The notes under the pieces were generated by a model. It did no database searches. It was given only the letters and a program-made list of their open reading frames with translations, and was not told the origin of the DNA. From positions 186,001-250,000 of the forward strand of contig NIVC01000558.1 of NCBI GenBank assembly GCA_002269645.1: a DNA stretch of 64,000 bases, written 5' to 3'. The position numbers and the translations under genes are program-made. This document shows positions 48,821-61,330 of this stretch, one piece after another; the stretch's first letter is position 1, and each line of letters begins with the position of its first letter. This DNA is from Macrostomum lignano (Eukaryota).

Positions 48821-50700
48821 CCAAGTCAGGGCCTTGGATGGGATGTCTCGGCGATTCTAGTCGTCTGGGCCGACAAGTTATCGATTGCAGTCGGTTTGGT
48901 CCTGAGCTGAACTTCGGGCTCCATTCTGGTGCTTAAGTTGACATCTCCTTTCTCATCAACTCGATTTTTATTTCACAGTATACTCATCAAAATCGAAAGG
49001 TCGCCATCACAGAAGATTCCGTCTGTGCATGGTCGCCACTTTGGAGAGTGCAGGGTAAAGTCTCTCAATCTTGCGAGTGACGCAACGTAGCTACGCCACG
49101 GTCGGCAGACTTGAGTTGAGGAATGAAGTGGGGGGAGAGGTGTGCGAGGGTTGGACGGATTAAAGCTACCCCGATCAGTTTTCTCGCATCTTTTATTTCA
49201 GAATAGTCCAAGAGAAATTGCTCACTGGCGCATAGAGTGGAGACTTTTCAATGTTGCTGAGTATATATTACCAATAGTAAACTATCATTACACACTACTG
49301 TTCAGAGTAGTTAAACCAGCCAAGTTAATGTTTTACAGTGACTGTAAAATCAACATGTTTGCGATCAAAACTTAGTGCCATTATCTTGCAAAGCAGTGCC
49401 CGCTATTCAACAAGTAGCAATAAAGTTAGCTTAAAGAAAACATTACGATCGCTTCAATTTCTTTTGATAAGCCCTCCTGCAAGGCTGGTTCGTAGGTTTC
49501 CGAGTTAAATAGTGACAACGTTTTTATTATTTAAAAATGTATAAATTTCTTCTCGTGAAATTTCTGCCGACATTGTGAGTTATTGATAGGATAAATGGGG
49601 CTCTGGGAGGACGTCAGGTCAAAGCAATGGAGGAACAAGCGAAAAAGTTACAATTTAAAAATTGCTAAACAAGAGTTATTCAAACATCCGGGAGGTACCA
49701 AGGAGGTATATAGTTATATTGTTTTGATATTGTTTCTGGGTTTGCAAAAGTAATAATGAAGCAATTCACTCATGGACTACTAAAGTAGAAGGATGCGACA
49801 CTCAAAATCGATGTAGAATGTTTTGATGACCACTTCTGCCGAAAAATACACTGACGAGATAGGAAGTTTTCATTTTTTAGCACAAAAATTGTTATTGCTT
49901 TCGATAGGAGGCAGACCCAGAGTTCATCTTTTGATATGTTGTGCCTTTCTTACAGCTCTATCGATATTCATAAAGCTTTTCGTTCAGAAAATAAGAATTA
50001 TATGTTAAGTTTTAATTCTACGTACACTTCCTGTACCTAAAAATCATTAAAGTGGATGGCACAGCTCCAATCTTTGATTTTATGAATCTATTTCATCATC
50101 TCTGTTACACATTTTGCTACACAGTCGGCTAAGAATGACAATAGACTCATAAAACCAATGAGCTGAGCTGTGCCATTTTAATGGTTTTTAGGCACAAAAA
50201 ATATACAATTTTACGTAGAATAAAAAAGTATGAAAATTTATGAATACCAATAGAGCCACAAGAAAGGCACAGCACATCAAAAAGATGAACATTAGGTCTG
50301 CCTCCTATCGATAAAGAAATCAATAACAATTTGTGTGCTGCAAAAATGAAAACTTCCTATCTCCGTAGTAGTGTATTTTTCGGCTAAAAGTGGCCTTCAA
50401 AACATTTTCCATAGATTTCGGGTGTCGCGTCCTGTATATACGTTGCTTTAGTTGTCCTTGCAATTCACTATGCTAGCAAAGGTGAAAAAAAGTTATTCAA
50501 AGCAAAGATAATTAAGTGTCGATTCTTGCACAGGAAGCTGAGGCACTCTGCAGCACGCGGCAGATTTGATCAGTTTGTGTACCTTTGCAGCTGCTTTGAA
50601 CCTTCAAAAATAGCTGCGGCCTTCGTACCTGAAATCCATCAAGTGCTCAATGATTTTTGTGCAGAAGAACTGGACTCATCAATTTTCAATGTTAACTCAC

Positions 50701-51255
50701 CGCCGTAGCAGCTCAGCCAGTTCGCTTTTTCCCTTCTCAACAGCCAGCTCAAGTGCGGTTTTGCCGTCTCTGTCTTTCAGACTCCAGTCCGAACCCGCGT
50801 CCAGCAGAACCCGACCGACCGAGGCAGCGGTGGCAGCTGGAGCGTACTTTGCCGCCAGCATGAGCGGCGTGTAAGACGAATGATCCCTGGCATTCGCCAG
50901 GGCCCCGGCGTCCAGCAGAGCGGAGGCTGCGACCGAGTTGCCACCACGGGCAGCGTAGTGCAGGCTGTTGTCAGCTCCGACGTAAGCGCAGGTGGGGTCA
51001 GCCAGCTGCAGCAGCTGCTTCCACAGTTCCTCATTGTTGCACTTGCTATTGCCAGCTGCCCACATCGCGGCGGTCCGACCCCATTTGTCAGGCAGGTCGC
51101 AGTTGTCGCGTGTCGCCATTCGCTGCAGTCGCCTGAAGTCGCCCGATTCGGCAAATCGCTGCAGCTCCTCTCGAACGGATAACTCCTGCAAGTGGGGAAG
51201 ACTACTACTACTACTGCTACTACTACTATTACTACTACTACTACTACTGCTACTA

Positions 51256-51294
<39 letters not shown>

Positions 51295-51341
51295 GTACTA
51301 CTACTACCACTACTACTACTACTACCACTACTACTACTACT

Positions 51342-51405
<64 letters not shown>

Positions 51406-51521
51406 GGTACTACTACCACTACTACTGGTACTACTACCACTACTACTACTACTTACTACTACTACTACTACTATTATTACTACTACTGCTACTACTACTA
51501 CTACTACTACTACTGCTACTA

Positions 51522-51558
<37 letters not shown>

Positions 51559-51572
51559 TACTACTACTACTA

Positions 51573-51667
<95 letters not shown>

Positions 51668-52539
51668 GCTACTACTACCGTGAGCTTGTACTATAGCTAA
51701 TTACCTTAGGTGTCAGGCCCGAGATTAGACCACCGATAGTAACCACCAAGCGCATTTCCCTAAAAATCAAAACAATGTTTTGACGCTATAAGTTAAATAA
51801 TGTAGGCTTCTACGTTTCTGTATGATTCTGCAGGATCTGTAGGATAAAAGTCAATCATTTTTCAACGTTTTTATTGACTACCATTCATTTCAAAGCTCTC
51901 AACCCACCTCTCAATGTACCCAGCCAGCTCTTCATGCCCATTGCGCGTCGCAATGTCTACAGCTGTCAGACCGTTGAGGTCCTTCAGGCCAAGCAAGCGT
52001 TTTCGTTCGTTCTTCGGCTTCTCGGGTCCTTTGCCGCCGCCGTTCTGCTTAGGCGAGTCCGAACTCTCAGCTTCCTTCTTGTCGGTCTCTGTCCACTCAA
52101 TGTGACTCCACTGCCGCAGCAGATGCAGCAGGTGCTTGGCGCAGCTCCAGCTTCCGGTTTGAGCCGCCTCCATCAGCGGGGTCAGGCCTTGGCTGTTCTG
52201 CAGCCACTTAGCATTGAAAGGCATCAGCGCCAGAAGCCGCACGTTGTCCTGTCGGGCTGCCAAATGCGCAGCCGTGTTGCCCGACTCGTCAATCGCTTTG
52301 GTATCGGCGCCAAGTTTAATTAAGTACAAAATGCACTTTTCAGCCTGAGCTGGAATTCTTGGCGAGTCGGCTGCTAGCATGAGAACGGTACGGTTGGCTT
52401 GGTCGGTTGTCGTCACAAGCTGACTGGTTGCCAGCCGCTGCACCTGGTCAAAGTCACCTTGAATGACCAGCTGTGCGACAGTCTGGAGCGGAGCAGTGAT
52501 TGCAGGTGCACGCATTACCAATAGCATTTGACATCTCAC
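50701..52539 (-). CDS. Multi-exon ankyrin-repeat gene; exons ~52539-51908, 51759-51705, 51185-50701; ends not resolved
   Basis: Phases are consistent: AG|GTGGGT (2), 55-nt exon (2 to 0), CTTGCAG|GAG (0) and CG|GTGAGT (2). The third exon has ANK motifs WGRTAAMWAA, NSLHYAA, YTPLMLAA and GKTALELA. Confidence 0.75.
51201..51678 (+). repeat. (CTA)n microsatellite, about 160 units, intronic
   Basis: Direct reading; source of the poly-T/Y/L/V/S ORFs. Confidence 0.98.
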
Positions 52540-53446
52540 TCGCTTACAGAATAATAAATCTTACCTGAACATCAGTTGTCATGCTTTATGATTTATGATA
52601 CTTCTCAGTTTGTGTCTGTCGAACGAATGCTCCAAATAACTCTCTAGAACTGCGCCAATTTGGTTCTCTTGTCTTGACAAAACAGCAATTTTAGCACACA
52701 TATAGCTAGTACGTAGCCTGTCTTGCAAAGGTTTATGAAGTCGTCATTTTACAGGGCCTTCCAATACCCTTCTTGTCTCTGCCTGTCTCTCTGTCTCACC
52801 CTCCTGTCTGTGTGAGGCCGTGCGGTGTGCCTGTCTGGAGGCTAAAACTGTGTTTTCGTAAATAGATTCGTGGCCGCACAAGTGCTTGCTCTGTGTGCAG
52901 ATAAGATTATTATTGTACGATGCAAATGAATCTTTAACCGAAAGGAGTCGGCAGTATGTGTAAATGACAGACCCCGCGGCTTTTCTATTCATTACTACTT
53001 GGCTACACAGAGATCCATATTAACTTTCTACGCACTTTCATGCAAAGCAGTCCTACTAGAATGCATGATTATTTGGACGCGTTGTAAAATTAGAAAACTC
53101 ATGGGAAGTATATATCAGAATTAACATCTACACTACAGAGGGGGTAAACAAGCCGATATTCGTGTGCATCTGTCGCCAAAATTTGCTTTGCTGGAACTAT
53201 ATGAGTTTACTTTAGTAGTTTAATTTGGAATCATATGGCCGCAAAACTTGCTGGCAGGCAACTAAATTATATTTGGGTAGAGCCGTAACTCGACAGAATT
53301 TACTTCAAAAACAGCCTGAAAAATTTTCTTTACCCCTAAACTTGGACCTTCCGAGCATTCTAATCTCCATCATGCACCACAATGAGTCTTGCTACCGGCG
53401 CCCCCACAGCGGTGCACCGACAGAGCCGAGGCCAGTGGGTCTGGAC

Positions 53447-53740
53447 TCTGGATGAAGCTGCGAGGCTGAGTAGGTCTGGATGAAGCGGTGTGGCCAAGTG
53501 AGTCTGGATGAAGCTGTGAGGCTGAGTGGGTCTGGATGAGGATGTGAGGCTGAGTGGGTCTAGATGAAGCTGTGAGGCTGAGTGGGTCTGGATGAAGCTG
53601 CGAGGCTGAGTGGGTCTGGATGAAGCTGTGAGACTGAGTGAGTCTGAATGAAGCTGCGAGGCTGAGTGAGTCTGGATGAAGCTGCGAGGCTGAGTAGGTC
53701 TGGATGAAGCTGCGAGGCTGAGTGTGTCTGGATGAAGCTA
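53447..53740 (+). repeat. 28-bp minisatellite, about 10 units
   Basis: Unit TCTGGATGAAGCTGCGAGGCTGAGTGGG. Confidence 0.92.
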
Positions 53741-54190
53741 CAGTGTATGTGGCTGAGTGAAACTCCTTGAAGCTGAACTCCATGTCTGAAGTCCTCTGAG
53801 TTCTAGAGGCCCCCTCAACAAGCACCTGAGAATGTTGGGACCTCTTTCGAACGACTCAAAAAGTTGACGAACGAACGGAAACACTTGTTTGGCTTTGAAG
53901 GAGGTTTAGGATAGGTCTTCACGAGAAACGTTTCTAAGGTCTGAGCCATAGATTTTTTGCTTATTCTGTTAGGATAGTTACTTTTCTAATTAATAATATG
54001 TATATTAAAAATCAGCACAGCATTAATATAATTTAGAATTGCAAATTCAACATGAATCTTTTTATTCAGATCAACAATGATCACTGCAATCAGTTCAGCA
54101 TAAAGTTCAATGTCGCATTCTTCTTAAAACCAAAGTCGAGGACTTGATTAAAGCTTGCTTCGAGCTGTCTGGCAGGCCATGGCTATAACC

Positions 54191-57100
54191 TCAGTTCGAA
54201 TTCTTCCAATAGGTACATTTGTTTTTGCGATTCAAAGTACTCGATTCACTGCAGCCGAATGCTCTGGCGAACTCCTTGTTGTTGGACATAGCGCTGTCAA
54301 ACTTGACTTGGAAGGCGTTGTGCGGTTTGAAGGGCCGGCTAATCTGGTTTGTGATCATGGTGCTGTAAAAGAGTTGAGCAATCAGTGTAAAAAACACCTG
54401 ATTGAGTTGATTTTGGTCGGCGGATTCAGCTGTACAGAGTTCATCTGCGGCTTGGCTGGAGTTAATCAGCTCAATGAATGCTTTTGTAGCCAGCTCGATG
54501 ATTTGCAGATCCATAGTGGCGTGCTCAGATGATGGCAGCGCTGACTCAGTATCTGCAAGTTGCTGATCCGTTGCGTTGTCTACCGAACGGTTGGTTCGAA
54601 TATTCGCTACATTATTCCTAGCTTTACCGTCCATAGCACGACGGTCTTCTGCGTGTTGACAACCAGGCCGACGCTCACCGCAACGGCAACCAGCCTATCC
54701 AGCTGTCGTTGGGCGCCCTCGACGGTCGAGGACAGCAGGGCGAGGTCATCGGCGTAGCCAAGCACGCTGAGCCGTCTCTCCGGTTGGCGTCGACCCACGC
54801 GTCGCCGCAGCAGGAAGCCGTCGTCGTTGGAAGGCAGAGCAGTCCGTAGCACCCAGTCAAGCACCACCTCATTTGGCGCCACCTCACCGGAAAGCACGCG
54901 GTTCATCAATCTGGCGACCTCAGTGGCCACGCAGCGGATCCGCAGCGCCTCGGTGGGCACCTCGTCCGGATCAAGCGCTTTGCCACCCGGCGACTGCCGA
55001 GCGAACTTCACAACGTCGGCTGTGCTGACTGGGGCAACGTTGAAGCTCTTATGTTTACACGCAGAAGACCGTCGTGCTATGCGTGCCGGACGACACCGAG
55101 GCTGCAATCTTCTGCCGAGGCGCTGACGGACAGGCGAGTGAGCTTCCAAGATGTCAGCAGTTCGTCCACCTCGGCGGTCTGGTTCCCGACGTCCGCGAGG
55201 ATCTGCGGCGTCGCCGAGGACTTGCCTGGGCTGCCTTTCGTTCTATAAGGTCAGTCCTGCAGTCCGAGGCCCTACCGGACCGCCAGAGGGCGGCGCTGTT
55301 CCAGGCGGTGATCGAGACCGTCCTGTTATACAACGCCGAGACCTGGACGCTGACAGACTCGCTCGAGGCTCAAGTCGATGCGGCGCATGCTGGGCTGCTG
55401 CGCGCCGCCTTCAAGATTGGCAACGAGCGAGTCACCAACACGGCGCTCTATCATCGCGCCGGCCTGGCCCGTCCTAGCGATCTGCTGCGCCGTCGGCGAC
55501 TCCAGCTGGCAGGCCACGTCATCCGCGCCGAGGCCTACTGTCCGGAGCCGGTGCAGGAGGTGCTGCTACTTACGTTGCAGGCACCCTACCGGCGGGGACA
55601 GGTGAGGACTCGGCGCTATGTCGACTGTCTGCTGGCTGACGCCGGCGCCCCGGACTCTGCCGGCGGTGCGGCCTTTGTTCGCGCCCAAGCTTCGAAGCGC
55701 GCCATCTGACGCTGCTTTTGCGAACTGGCAGCGTACTCTGTTGTTGTTGTTGTTTACTGTCCATTCCTACATTGCTATGAGTAGTGGTATTTGAAAAAAT
55801 GGAATCCAGCCTGCTGATGAACCGAAACCAAACATTATCATTTCTCCTAGCAAGAGCATCAGCAGCAGAAAAAATGTCTGAGCTGTTCAGCACACATTTA
55901 ACAATTTGTTTCTGCTGCTCTGCAATAGATGATCTGTTTTCACTTATTTGGGTGATTTCTTCCACAACTCTTTCAGCGTAGGTTTGAACAAGAGGTGCGT
56001 AGATATTCTTTAAAGCTGGAAGAAAAACCGAGCTTCCTTGATACGAAAGTTCGAAAAAGTCGCTAGTGTACCCCAGCTGTCTAAGTTGATCAATATCGCT
56101 ATCAGCCCACCAATTCTGAGACTCAAAACTCTGGATAGCAACTTTTTTGACAATTTCAAACACAGCCTCTGCATTGGCTGCATCAGTTAAGTTATAGTAT
56201 GCCGCAGTGTACATGGTGGATACCACTGGTTGGAGCAGTGATTTTGTAGTGTCAAGACAATAATGATTATTAGTCTCCCTTAACAAGCTCGGAATCATTT
56301 TTGAGAGTTCGAAAAGCCAGTCAAACAAAATTATCTGAGTGCTTGATTTGTCCAGTATTGATTTAAAGTTCCCATCAAGTGGCATACTATCGGATGTTAA
56401 ATTAATGAATGCACCTAAATAGGCAAACTGATCATGGTGCGCAAGTAACAAACGGCCGCCGTCAAAATTCGATTCCACTTCTTCAAAAAATTTAGTCCAT
56501 GAAAATGAAACTTGAGTACCAGCTGAAACACAATATGTAAAGTTTTCAAGCTGCTTTAGATCCAGGGCCTTGAAGCCTCGTGTAGCTCTCTGCAAGCAAA
56601 GCTGCAAGGAATCCAACTTTGATAGCTCATCCAGAGAGGCCAGCTTTTGCACAATATTCGTCGCCTTCATCTCAATAGAATTCTTTACGTTCCATTTCCT
56701 TAGGAATTGCAGAAATTTATTCATCTCCAACGACTTGACTTGGCTGCGAAATGAAGCATTTGGCGTGATTGAACCTTTGGGTCTCGGATCCGCTGTCTCG
56801 TACAGGTGCGTGCGTGACTCCATTAATAAAAGGAAATATTGGCGAACTGGCGTAAAAGTACTCTGATGGAAGCAGATGGAAACAGATGGAAGCAGGCTCC
56901 ATAAAATAGGACGTTGGTACACCGGTCATGGCAAGACTCGCTAGCAGAGACTCGAGCTTAAGAACTCCGCCTCGAAGCCTGAACTCGGTCTCCAGATTGT
57001 TGAGCAGCTGGCTAAAAAGGCGGATCTGAGAAACGCGCCGAGCCTCGTCTCTGCATCAGCTGAGCCGTTCTGCCAGCTAAGGCAGTCGCCGTACAGTCTA

Positions 57101-57334
57101 CTAGCGATTCTGGTCAGATTAGAGACCATATCGTCCTGCTGCTGTGCAAGAACAGGTCTTTGTGGGGCAGATTTCCGGCGGCGAATTGGTACATGGACTC
57201 GCACGGATTGGCTGACTGATTCATCCAGCTCGTAGTTGCCGGTTCGTATTGCTCCATATTGCAGACCGTTTTAGTAGCTGCACTTTGCTGTTCCTTCGAG
57301 GCTAGAGGAACGGAGTTTACCGGCTGAGTCGACT

Positions 57335-57368
<34 letters not shown>

Positions 57369-57422
57369 TAGCAGGGGCAGAATTGCAAGTTCAGTTGCCG
57401 CGTGACGCATTGTTTTGTCCAT
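54191..57422 (-). pseudogene. Secreted M13 (neprilysin-like) peptidase homologue, zinc motif degenerate, with frameshifts and an exonic LINE insertion
   Basis: Leu-rich signal peptide; MNQSANPCESMYQFAAG; HQSTFTPVRQYFL; VVEEITQI in place of HExxH; QQLAD; QVFFTLIAQ; C-terminal MSNNKEFARAFGC..LNRKNKCTYW. At least 3 frame changes occur between 57180 and 56870. Confidence 0.8.
54635..55752 (+). mobile_element. 5'-truncated, 5'-inverted RTE-like non-LTR retrotransposon
   Basis: Minus segment (~55050-54633) encodes RT with YADD. Plus segment (~55057-55709) encodes the RTE-type C-terminus (VLLYNAETWTL..RRRRLQLAGHV). (TTG)n tail. Flanks TTTACCGTCCAT (54623-54634) and TTTACTGTCCAT (55753-55764). Confidence 0.88.
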
Positions 57423-58204
57423 CGGATTTTCTATTTCCTATATAGCGAATTAGGCAATTGTAAATCTTATTTAATGCACCAATTAATAAATTTAGCAATA
57501 TACTAAACCATTGATGAACTACTTCTAATAGTAAATTTAGCCACTGCTGTAGAAGTTCTGTAAAAGCGGCTTTCAAATAAAGAGACGACAACGAGATTTA
57601 CCGCGGTTGTCTGGCAACGTGAGAGAATTCAAATCTACGATACGTAGCTATTCTAAGAAGTAGATGTGTCTAATATAGTCGAAACCACACCTGTTAGTTA
57701 TGCATACAGTAGGCAAGCAAGAACTGTTTTTGTATTCTGCTGATAAAATAATTGGACGCTAAGTCGCTTCGCTTACCAGAAACTTTCCGAAAACAAGTCA
57801 GACCAATTTTGTTTTTTTTCGCAAAAAAACGATTGAATAGAATATTTATAGGCAACAAGCAGTTGTCGCTAAAATAATATTGTAGCAAAATATGTTTTTC
57901 TAAAGTTTCAATTTTGCAAAAACAACCAATTAATTGAATTTTCAAAAGCTAGCTAAATTGTAGGCAATTCATTTTTTCAGATTTTTGCAGAAACATTGTT
58001 CTAATCGATTGAAGATTTTCATTATTTTTTTTCCTTTATTATTCATGTTTACGAAATAAGTTCTCAATCTTCTCATTCATTGACACCTTCTGTTTGCTAC
58101 TTTTACCGACGCAAAACCAACTGCTCACAGCAAGAGATCGAGTATATGCATTTTTCATGGTTTTTAAGAGACAGAGAAAGAAAATGGGGCAAGTTACAAA
58201 GGGG

Positions 58205-59960
58205 GTGCCAGCTACAGAGGGGGGCGCCAGCTACAGAGGGGGGCGCCAGCTACAGAGGGGGGCGCCAGCTACAGAGGGGCGCCAGCTACAGAGGAGGCAC
58301 CAGCTACAGAAGGGGGTGCCAGCTGCAGAAGGGGGGCGCCAGTTACAAAGGGGTCGCCAGCTACAGAGGGGGGCGCCAGCTACAGAGGGGGGCGCCAGCT
58401 ACAGAAGGGGAGCGCCAGCTACAGAAGGGCGCCAGCTACAGAGGGGCGCCAGCTACAGAAGGGGAGCGCCAGCTACAGAAGAGCGCCAGCTATAGAGAGG
58501 AGGCACCAGCTACAGAAGGGAGCGCCAGCTGCAGAAGGGGGGCGCCAGTTACAAAGGGGGCGCCAGCTACAGAGGGGGGCGCCAGCTACAGAGGGGCGCC
58601 AGCTAAAGAGGAGGCACCAGCTACAGAAGGGGGCGCCAGCTGCAGAAGGGGGGCGCCAGTTACAAAGGGGGCGCCAGCTACAGAGGGGGGCGCCAGCTAC
58701 AGAGGGGCGCCAGCTAAAGAGGAGGCACCAGCTACAGAAGGGGGTGCCAGCTGCAGAAGGGGGGCGCCAGTTACAAAGGGGGCGCCAGTTACAGAGGGGG
58801 CGCCAGCTACAGAGGGGGGCGCCAGCTACAGAGGGGGCGCCAGATACAGAAGGGCGCCAGCTATAGAGAGGAGGCACCAGCTACAGAAGGGGGCGCCAGC
58901 TGCAGAAGGGGGCGCCAGTTACAGAGGGGGCGCCAGCTACAGAGGGGGCGCCAGCTAAAGAAGGGGGCGCCAGCTGCAGAAGGGGGCGCCAGCTACAGAA
59001 GGGGAGCGCCAGCTACAGAGGGGCGCCAGCTAAAGAGGAGGCACCAGCTACAGAAGGGGGTGCCAGCTGCAGAAGGGGGGCGCCAGTTACAAAGGGGGCG
59101 CCAGCTACAGAGGGGGCGCCAGCTACAGAGGGGGGCGCCAGCTACAGAGGGGGCGCCAGATACAGAAGGGCGCCAGCTAAAGAGGAGGCACCAGCTACAG
59201 AAGGGGGTGCCAGCTGCAGAAGGGGGGCGCCAGTTACAAAGGGGGCGTTAGCTACAGAGGGGGCGCCAGCTACAGAGGGGGGCGCCAGCTACAGAGGGGG
59301 CGCCAGATACAGAAGGGCGCCAGCTAAAGAGGAGGCACCAGCTACAGAAGGGGGTGCCAGCTGCAGAAGGGGGGCGCCAGTTACAAAGGGGGTGCCAGCT
59401 ACAGAGGGGGCGCCAGCTCGGATGGGCGCCAGCTACGGATGGGCGCCAGCTACAGAAGGGCGCCAGCTGCAGAAGAGCGCCAGCTATAGAGAGGAGGCAC
59501 CAGCTACAGAAGGGGGCGCCAGCTGCAGAAGGGGGCGCCAGTTACAGAGGGGGCGCCAGCTACAGAGGGGGCGCCAGCTAAAGAAGGGGGCGCCAGCTGC
59601 AGAAGGGGGCGCCAGCTACAGAAGGGGAGCGCCAGCTACAGAGGGACGCCAGCTACAGAAGGGCGCCAGCTATAGAGAGGAGGCTCCAGCTACAGAAGGG
59701 GGCGCCAGCTGCAGAAGGGGGGCGCCAGTTACAAAGGGGGCGCCAGCTACAGAGGGGGGCGCCAGCTACTGAGGTGCGCCAGCTATCGAAGGGTGCCAGC
59801 TATAGAGAGGGGGCACCAGCTAAAGAAGGGGGCGCCAGCTGCAGAAGGGGGCGCCAGTTACAGAGGGTCGCCAGCTACAGAGGGGGCGCCAGCTATAGAG
59901 AGGAGGCACCAGCTACAGAAGGGGGTGCCAGCTACAGAATGGGGCGCGAGCTACAGAGGG
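58205..59960 (+). repeat. GC-rich variable-length (17-21 bp) minisatellite
   Basis: Core GGGGCGCCAGCTACAGA with recurring variants GAGGAGGCACCAGCTACAGA and GGCGCCAGTTACAAA. Confidence 0.93.
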
Positions 59961-61330
59961 GCTACAGAGGGGCTACAGAGGGCTAGTTTTTGTGGTGGTG
60001 CCAAAAATACTTCGTATAAAGGGAAATACCATGCATGAAGAAATGTTTCTGCATAACGGATAATTAGATGAGCTTGTATAGATATTTATTTTTTTTGTTC
60101 TGCGAAATTGCTAGAAACTGGTTTTGAGAAATTATTTATTATTCTGAAATACGGTAGACTCAAATCGAAATTCGAAAAGTAACTATAAATATGTATTGTT
60201 AGAGGTTTTTGTTAGTTTTTTTAAGCTACAGATAAACTGTTTTAAACCTTTTAAAACACAAAAGAATAAAAAACTGTTATCAGGAAAAATTGGGAAAAGC
60301 AACTCAAGGTTATTATATCTACGAAAAAAAGTAAACTGGCATGAAGGTATCGTATGAGTGTGGCGGATGCGCGTGAACTTTTTATAGGGACAAAGAAAAA
60401 TCAAATAATTTCACTGCAAACAAAAAGGTCTGCATAACTCAAATGTTGGTTTGAAAAATCGTACAATACAGCACAAAGGAGCTTATAAAAGATAACATTT
60501 GTGAAAATAGGGTTTATTTTTGACAAACAATTACAGGAAGCTTAAAACGAGACCTGTAGCTTAAATTAACTGGGTATTAGAATCTTGCGTGACGGACAGG
60601 AAAGATGAGGACCTTATTATAATTTAGATCAGATATTTCTTTCGTTTCAAAGTCATATTAGCTTGCGTATCGTCTTTTCTATTTCATGCGCCCTCCGTCA
60701 TTGTTTAGCAATTTGACGATCATTATTCACATTTTTAATGCAGAACAATCCATTACTACAAACAATGCATTGTCTGTAGGATCGTCAAACAGAAAAACAA
60801 TGCAAAGAATCAGCGGTCGCAGCACGTGACAACGATTTGTCTATGGCTCGCGCCTACCGGCGCTCGCCAGACAATCGTTGTCACGCACTGGGACCGCTGA
60901 TTATTTATCCATTGTTCACTTTCTGATTGGCTTCCAGCCCCCAGAATTCTGCTCTTTCCCATGATCATATACTGCACAAAAAAGCTCGTATTGAAATATT
61001 AAGTTGCGATTTTTTCCCGATTTTCGGGGCAGAGATTTCTCCTAGCTAATTGTTTGCTCTTCTCAGAGTAAAATGGCGCCTGATGGCACGCCAAAGACCT
61101 GCATTTCACCACTAATTTAAGAAAAACTGCTTTTCTTTAGGTAAATCTTTGACAGGGGATCAAGCGTTTGCTAATAAACTACTGGGAGAAAACTTAGTCT
61201 TCCCCAAACTTAAACTTAGAGATCTCGCGAGAATTGAGCCTTTCCTCGCGAACCCAACTGTAGTTAGTAAAAAATATATACTTTGCTTGAATAGGTGCAG
61301 TTCGATTATAATATGAGCTAATTTCAAATA

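Noticed and set aside
48979-49054. Possible plus-strand micro-exon (TTTCACAG|...GG|GTAAAG)
   Set aside because: Splice-like signals only, with no recognisable peptide or partner exon.
50697-51696. Poly-V/S/T/Y/L ORFs
   Set aside because: (CTA)n microsatellite. Only 51185-50701 on the minus strand is a real ANK exon.
58080-60038. Gly/Ala/Arg-rich repeat ORFs
   Set aside because: Variable-length units shift the frame constantly.
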